Assembly (NCBI GenBank): GCA_964016885.1
Contig: OZ024761.1
Coordinates: 27,342,001 to 27,406,000 of the forward strand
Length of the DNA stretch: 64,000 nucleotides
Source of the DNA: Eledone cirrhosa
Taxonomy: Eukaryota
Reading direction: 5' to 3'
Made by a program: the position numbers and the translations under genes. The notes beneath the pieces are model-generated. The model was given only the letters and a program-made list of their open reading frames with translations. It was not told the DNA's origin and did no database searches. Positions 59,484 to 64,000 of the stretch are shown one piece after another; the first letter of the stretch is position 1; every line of letters starts with the position of its first letter.

Positions 59484-59587
59484 TGGCTGACTGAACACAC
59501 TCGTGCTTTTTCTTTAAAAAAAAATGTTTCCCAATCCTTCCTTTTCTCATTCCTTCTCAGTCTCTATCTTTCTCTTCCATCTTTCTA

Positions 59588-59623
59588 TTTTCTGATGAAG
59601 AACTAGTTTCCGAAACGTAAAGA
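59588..59623 (+). ncRNA. Minimal hammerhead (Penelope pLTR type)
   Basis: TTTT CTGATGA aGAActagtTTCc GAAA CG TA AAGA, with a palindromic ACGT stem III. Confidence 0.72.
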
Positions 59624-60091
59624 CTCTTTTCCTACTATATCAAGCGTTAAAACTGATAGATATCTTCATTATACCGTGATGTTTGAATTGTTGTTTTCTG
59701 GCTTGCTGCTCTATCAGTTCAAATCTCGACGAGATCAACTTTGCCTTTCATCCTTTTCAAGGTTGATAAAGTACCAGTCCAATACTGGGGTAGATTCTAT
59801 CGCATTATCGCTTTCTCACTTCCTCCTTATTACCTTTTCTCATTCACTGGAAGAAATCGTGTTCAGACCTGGAGTGGGATGGTCTCCGACAGGTTTAAAA
59901 TGCCCAAGGCAGCCCGTGTGTCACTATGGTGCCCATACAACTCCACCAAGAATTACAAATTTATACGCACTCACCCATTTTCTGTCCACGAAGATGATAT
60001 ATATTTAGTGTACACTCCTATCTTTTACATACAATATAAGTTACAATCTCTTTCCCCTTCCCACCTACGTTATCTCATGCTCTTTTTTATA

Positions 60092-60140
<49 letters not shown>

Positions 60141-60201
60141 GGCTACCTCCCTTTATGGCTCTTTGAATATATATATATATATATATATATACTTACATAC
60201 A

Positions 60202-60258
<57 letters not shown>

Positions 60259-60422
60259 TTCGTTGAATCAATGCTTGTTTAAAGTGGGTTGTCTTTTTCT
60301 TGTGGAAGGCGGGGGGGGGGGGGGTTGACATCAAAACTGGACACGGCATGACAAAGGGAAATAATTCATTTCGAGAATTTCTTTTATTTTTTTCCATCGT
60401 TTCTTTAATGAGCTTACATCTA

Positions 60423-60468
<46 letters not shown>

Positions 60469-60605
60469 CGAAACGAAAACATACATAAAGAAGAGAAATC
60501 GTTAACGAAGTGATAATATTTCATCAATTCTCAATAACTTCGATCTTTGGTCAGTGTGATGTAGAGAAAGAGTTAACCTAAACAGACAACATCTGAAGGC
60601 AGATC

Positions 60606-60647
<42 letters not shown>

Positions 60648-60722
60648 GAGAGAGAGTCTGTTTAGGGTGGAAATTTATTTTGTATCAGTGTAAAAAAAGA
60701 AGAGGAGAAAGAGAGGAGAGAG

Positions 60723-60776
<54 letters not shown>

Positions 60777-60787
60777 GTATATATATA

Positions 60788-60831
<44 letters not shown>

Positions 60832-60964
60832 GAGATGATGTAAAATATCTGATGATGTCTTTGAAGTAACTGTTGTGCCAGTACAAATATAATAAAGTAG
60901 CTCTTCACATCACACTTCAACAAACTCACAGACAACACTAACTGGTAGAGTAGAAATTACTAGA

Positions 60965-61037
<73 letters not shown>

Positions 61038-61221
61038 CTACTACTACTACTACTGCTACTACTACTGCTATAATGATATTGTTTAGTAAATTACTGAAAA
61101 TAATCTGCTAGATAAACTAACGTAAACTAGAACTGAGAAAAAAACGAAACAACTTCAACCTTGAGAACGATAACGATATAACTGATGATGTGGCTGTTTA
61201 CGATAATGACAGTGGTGATGA

Positions 61222-61898
61222 AATAATTGTTTCTACTTTAGGCACAAGGCCAGCAATTACCTAGTGCATTAATGGTACTTTATTTTATCGACCCCGTAAG
61301 GATGAAAGGCAAAGTGAACCTCGGCGGGATTTGAACTCGGACCGTAAAGGGATGTAACTATGCTGGAAAGCATGACGTCCGACTCTCTACCGATACTGCC
61401 AATCCACCGCCCTTTGATAGTAATAATAATGGTTTCTTATTTAGGCACAAGGCCAGCAATTGGGGGGGGGGGGGGGGTCAATGAATTTGACCTCAGTGCG
61501 TGACTGGTACTTTATTTTATCGACCCCGTAAGGATGAAAGGCAAAGTTAACCTCGACGGGATTTGAACTCAGATCATAAAGGGCCGTAACTCTATGCGGC
61601 AAAGCATGGCGTCCGACCCTAATCGCTAGAACGACTAAGTGCTGTCAAAGATAGCGATGGACAAAAATGCCTCAGAGGACAGAGACCAGCCGTCAGTGGT
61701 CAACAGAGATATAATTGTTTCTACTTTTGGCACAAGGCCAGCAAATTACCCAGTGTATTACTGGTACTTTATTTTATCGACCCCATAAGGATGAAAGGCA
61801 AAGTTAACCTCGGCGGGATTTGAACTCAGAATGGCAAGGGCCGTAACTCTATGCGTCAAAACATGGAGTCCGACCCTCTACCGATACTGCCAATCCAC
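61222..61898 (-). mobile_element. Cluster of three SINEs
   Basis: Copies at 61222-61410, 61422-61620 and 61711-61898. Confidence 0.9.
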
Positions 61899-62110
61899 GA
61901 CCCTTCAAAGGAACCCCATTTCGGCCGCTTGTATTAACGATCGTATTCTTTCTGTCATTATCCAAGATTCCTGACCATAGGTAAGTGTTGAGACGAGCGA
62001 ATATCGAATTGAAGATAGCGTGTTTGACTTTTACACGTACCTCCCTTCTTCTGATTACTGAATCCTGAAGCTGGCATATTAACTGCACCAGCTCCTGCAA
62101 TTCTTGCACT
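61899..62110 (-). pseudogene. RTE-clade LINE ORF fragment
   Basis: Minus strand gives KHAIFNSIF..TLTYGQESWIMTERIRSLIQAAEMGFL*RV. Confidence 0.8.
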
Positions 62111-62338
62111 TAATTCAGCCCCACCCCTACCATCGTAAGTGGAACAGCTTAACCACTATGCCACTCGCCTTCGCCAATAATATACACATATGACAATGCA
62201 CTGCCCATTACTAGACATAACAACGTCTTTGTTATTTTCTGATAGCTTCCTAGCCAGCAGCTTTGTTAAGAGTGGACACCAAACATGACATCTGACGATA
62301 GCCAAGCATTAAATCATTTTTTGATATATGTGTGTATA

Positions 62339-62442
<104 letters not shown>

Positions 62443-62466
62443 AATATATATATGTATGTATATATT

Positions 62467-62502
<36 letters not shown>

Positions 62503-62559
62503 TAAATGAAAGGTATAGAGATTGTTATATAAATATATATATATATATATATGTGTGTG

Positions 62560-62607
<48 letters not shown>

Positions 62608-63083
62608 TATATGTATATATATGTATATATATATATATTTATATATGTTTCTTATGTGTACGTGTGTATATCCTCTCTCTCTCCCCGTCTCTCTTTCTCT
62701 CTCTCTCTCTCTATATATATATCACTCTCTCTCACTCTCTTTAGCTGAACACTTGATGTCCCCTATGTTTTCATATCTCCTTTGCACTTGAACAATCCTT
62801 CCTACCACCTCTCTCCTCTCTCTCTATCTCTCTCTCTCTCTCTTCCCCTCTGCCCTCCCCCTCTCCAACTCTTCCTACCACCTCTCTCTCTTCCTTCCTG
62901 CCTCTCCCTCTCTTCTACTCACCCTACTTCTTCTGCTCCTCCTTTGTGGTATTCAATTACAAATACTCTCTTTTAATCTCGCTCAAGTCCCAAACTCCAT
63001 ATAATGATAATACAACAAGAAGAAGAACAACAACATCAATAACGTCAGTTTTAATATTTATGACGATGATGATGATGATGTTG

Positions 63084-63113
<30 letters not shown>

Positions 63114-63118
<5 letters not shown>

Positions 63119-63302
63119 TGTTTCTACTTTTGGCACAAGGCCAGCAATAAACCAGTACATTACTGGTACTCTATTTTATCGACCCCGTAAGGATGACAGG
63201 CAAAGTTAACCTCGGCGGGTTTTGAACTCAGAATGGAAAGGGACGTAACTCTTTGCGTCAAAGCATGGCGTCCGACTCTCTACCGATACTGCCAATCCAC
63301 CG
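63114..63302 (-). mobile_element. tRNA-derived SINE
   Basis: Full-length reverse copy with an (ATT)n tail. Confidence 0.9.
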
Positions 63303-63306
63303 CAAT

Positions 63307-64000
63307 GATTTCATTTATTAGCCACAAGGGCCGACATGTAGGGGATAATACAAAGACAGGGACAGTGGGGGTTTACAATAAGGTCAAGTAAAAGTGCACA
63401 ATGGCAAGACTAATTTAACAATGAAGATATAAAAATATAAAATAAACTATGCATAAATATAACAAAATAAATTCCCCGATAGGGGGTGGACGACCCTGGG
63501 GTGACTCGGGTACCCCACCAATCCTGAACCACCCTCTGCTTCTAGGGTACCCAGGGAGAGCACCCCTCTCTTCAAGTTAGTTAGCCTTTAGGCGCATGGT
63601 CAGAGTTTTTTGGACTTTTGGACTTTTGGGTTTTCCTTCATCTTCGCTGCTGGAAGACAAAGGGTCTGTGGCTGTGAGTGTCTCTGTGTATGTGTGTGAC
63701 TTTATTGTTTTGTCTATGTGTATAATGGGGGGGGGGGGGGGATAGGGGGGAGTGGGAGAGCTTTCCTCGTTTTCCTCTTGGATTTGTTTCGGTGTTGGTG
63801 GTGGTCCGGCTGTTTTTGATGTTGGTGTCCGTGTCTTTGTTGGTGTTGTTTTTGGTGGTGGTGGTACAGCTTTCCGTGCTGACACTGGCGTTGGCAACAA
63901 AGGAGGTTTGCGACCCCCTGCATTTTTGCGCTGAGGGCAGAAGTCTTGCAGATGCGTTGCTTCCCCGCAGACGAAGCAGTGTGGCCTTCTTCCCTCAGTG
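63307..64000 (-). mobile_element. Tx1-related element: ORF1-like CDS directly followed by a Tx1-type 3' UTR (runs off the window)
   Basis: The 3' UTR has the CCCCTATCGGGG hairpin and CCCTTGTGGCTAATAAATGAAATC, like the Tx1 copies at 48.7-52.7 kb. No ORF2 between the stop and the 3' end. Confidence 0.7.
63577..63999 (-). CDS. C-terminal part of a CCHC zinc-knuckle ORF1-like protein
   Basis: Open frame from the window edge: TEGRRPHCFVCGEATHLQDFCPQRK (CX2CX4HX4C), then a Pro/Thr/Lys-rich tail to the stop at 63577. Confidence 0.72.
   Translation of the reverse strand, partial: TEGRRPHCFVCGEATHLQDFCPQRKNAGGRKPPLLPTPVSARKAVPPPPKTTPTKTRTPTSKTAGPPPTPKQIQEENEESSPTPPYPPPPPIIHIDKTIKSHTYTETLTATDPLSSSSEDEGKPKSPKVQKTLTMRLKAN

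Overview
Repeat-saturated, AT-rich animal genomic DNA, probably an octopod cephalopod (inferred from the SINE types and the very dense (TA)n/(CA)n/(CATA)n arrays). I found no confidently identifiable host gene, and nearly all ORFs in the supplied track are microsatellite translations. The window holds a full-length Gypsy LTR retrotransposon (17178-22415), two head-to-head 5'-truncated Naiad-type Penelope-like elements (PLEs), R4-like, Tx1/L1-like and RTE-like non-LTR elements, a mariner transposase relic, a small MITE and many tRNA-derived SINEs. The most striking unannotated signal is about 19 hammerhead-ribozyme (HHR) motifs, found by eye, mostly in small non-coding elements embedded in (TA)n. 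Four unrelated families share one architecture: an inverted arm with a fixed start, then a direct HHR-bearing arm, a short tail and (TA)n. Several carry non-canonical cores (CAGAAGA, CCGANGA) or 60-90 nt stem II insertions. Other notable items are a retrozyme-like ~428 bp unit, an apparently ORF1-only Tx1 derivative, a stack of Tx1 copies on (TCTA)n, and a bipartite non-autonomous RTE. All folds and family assignments were made by eye, with no database searches or folding programs run.
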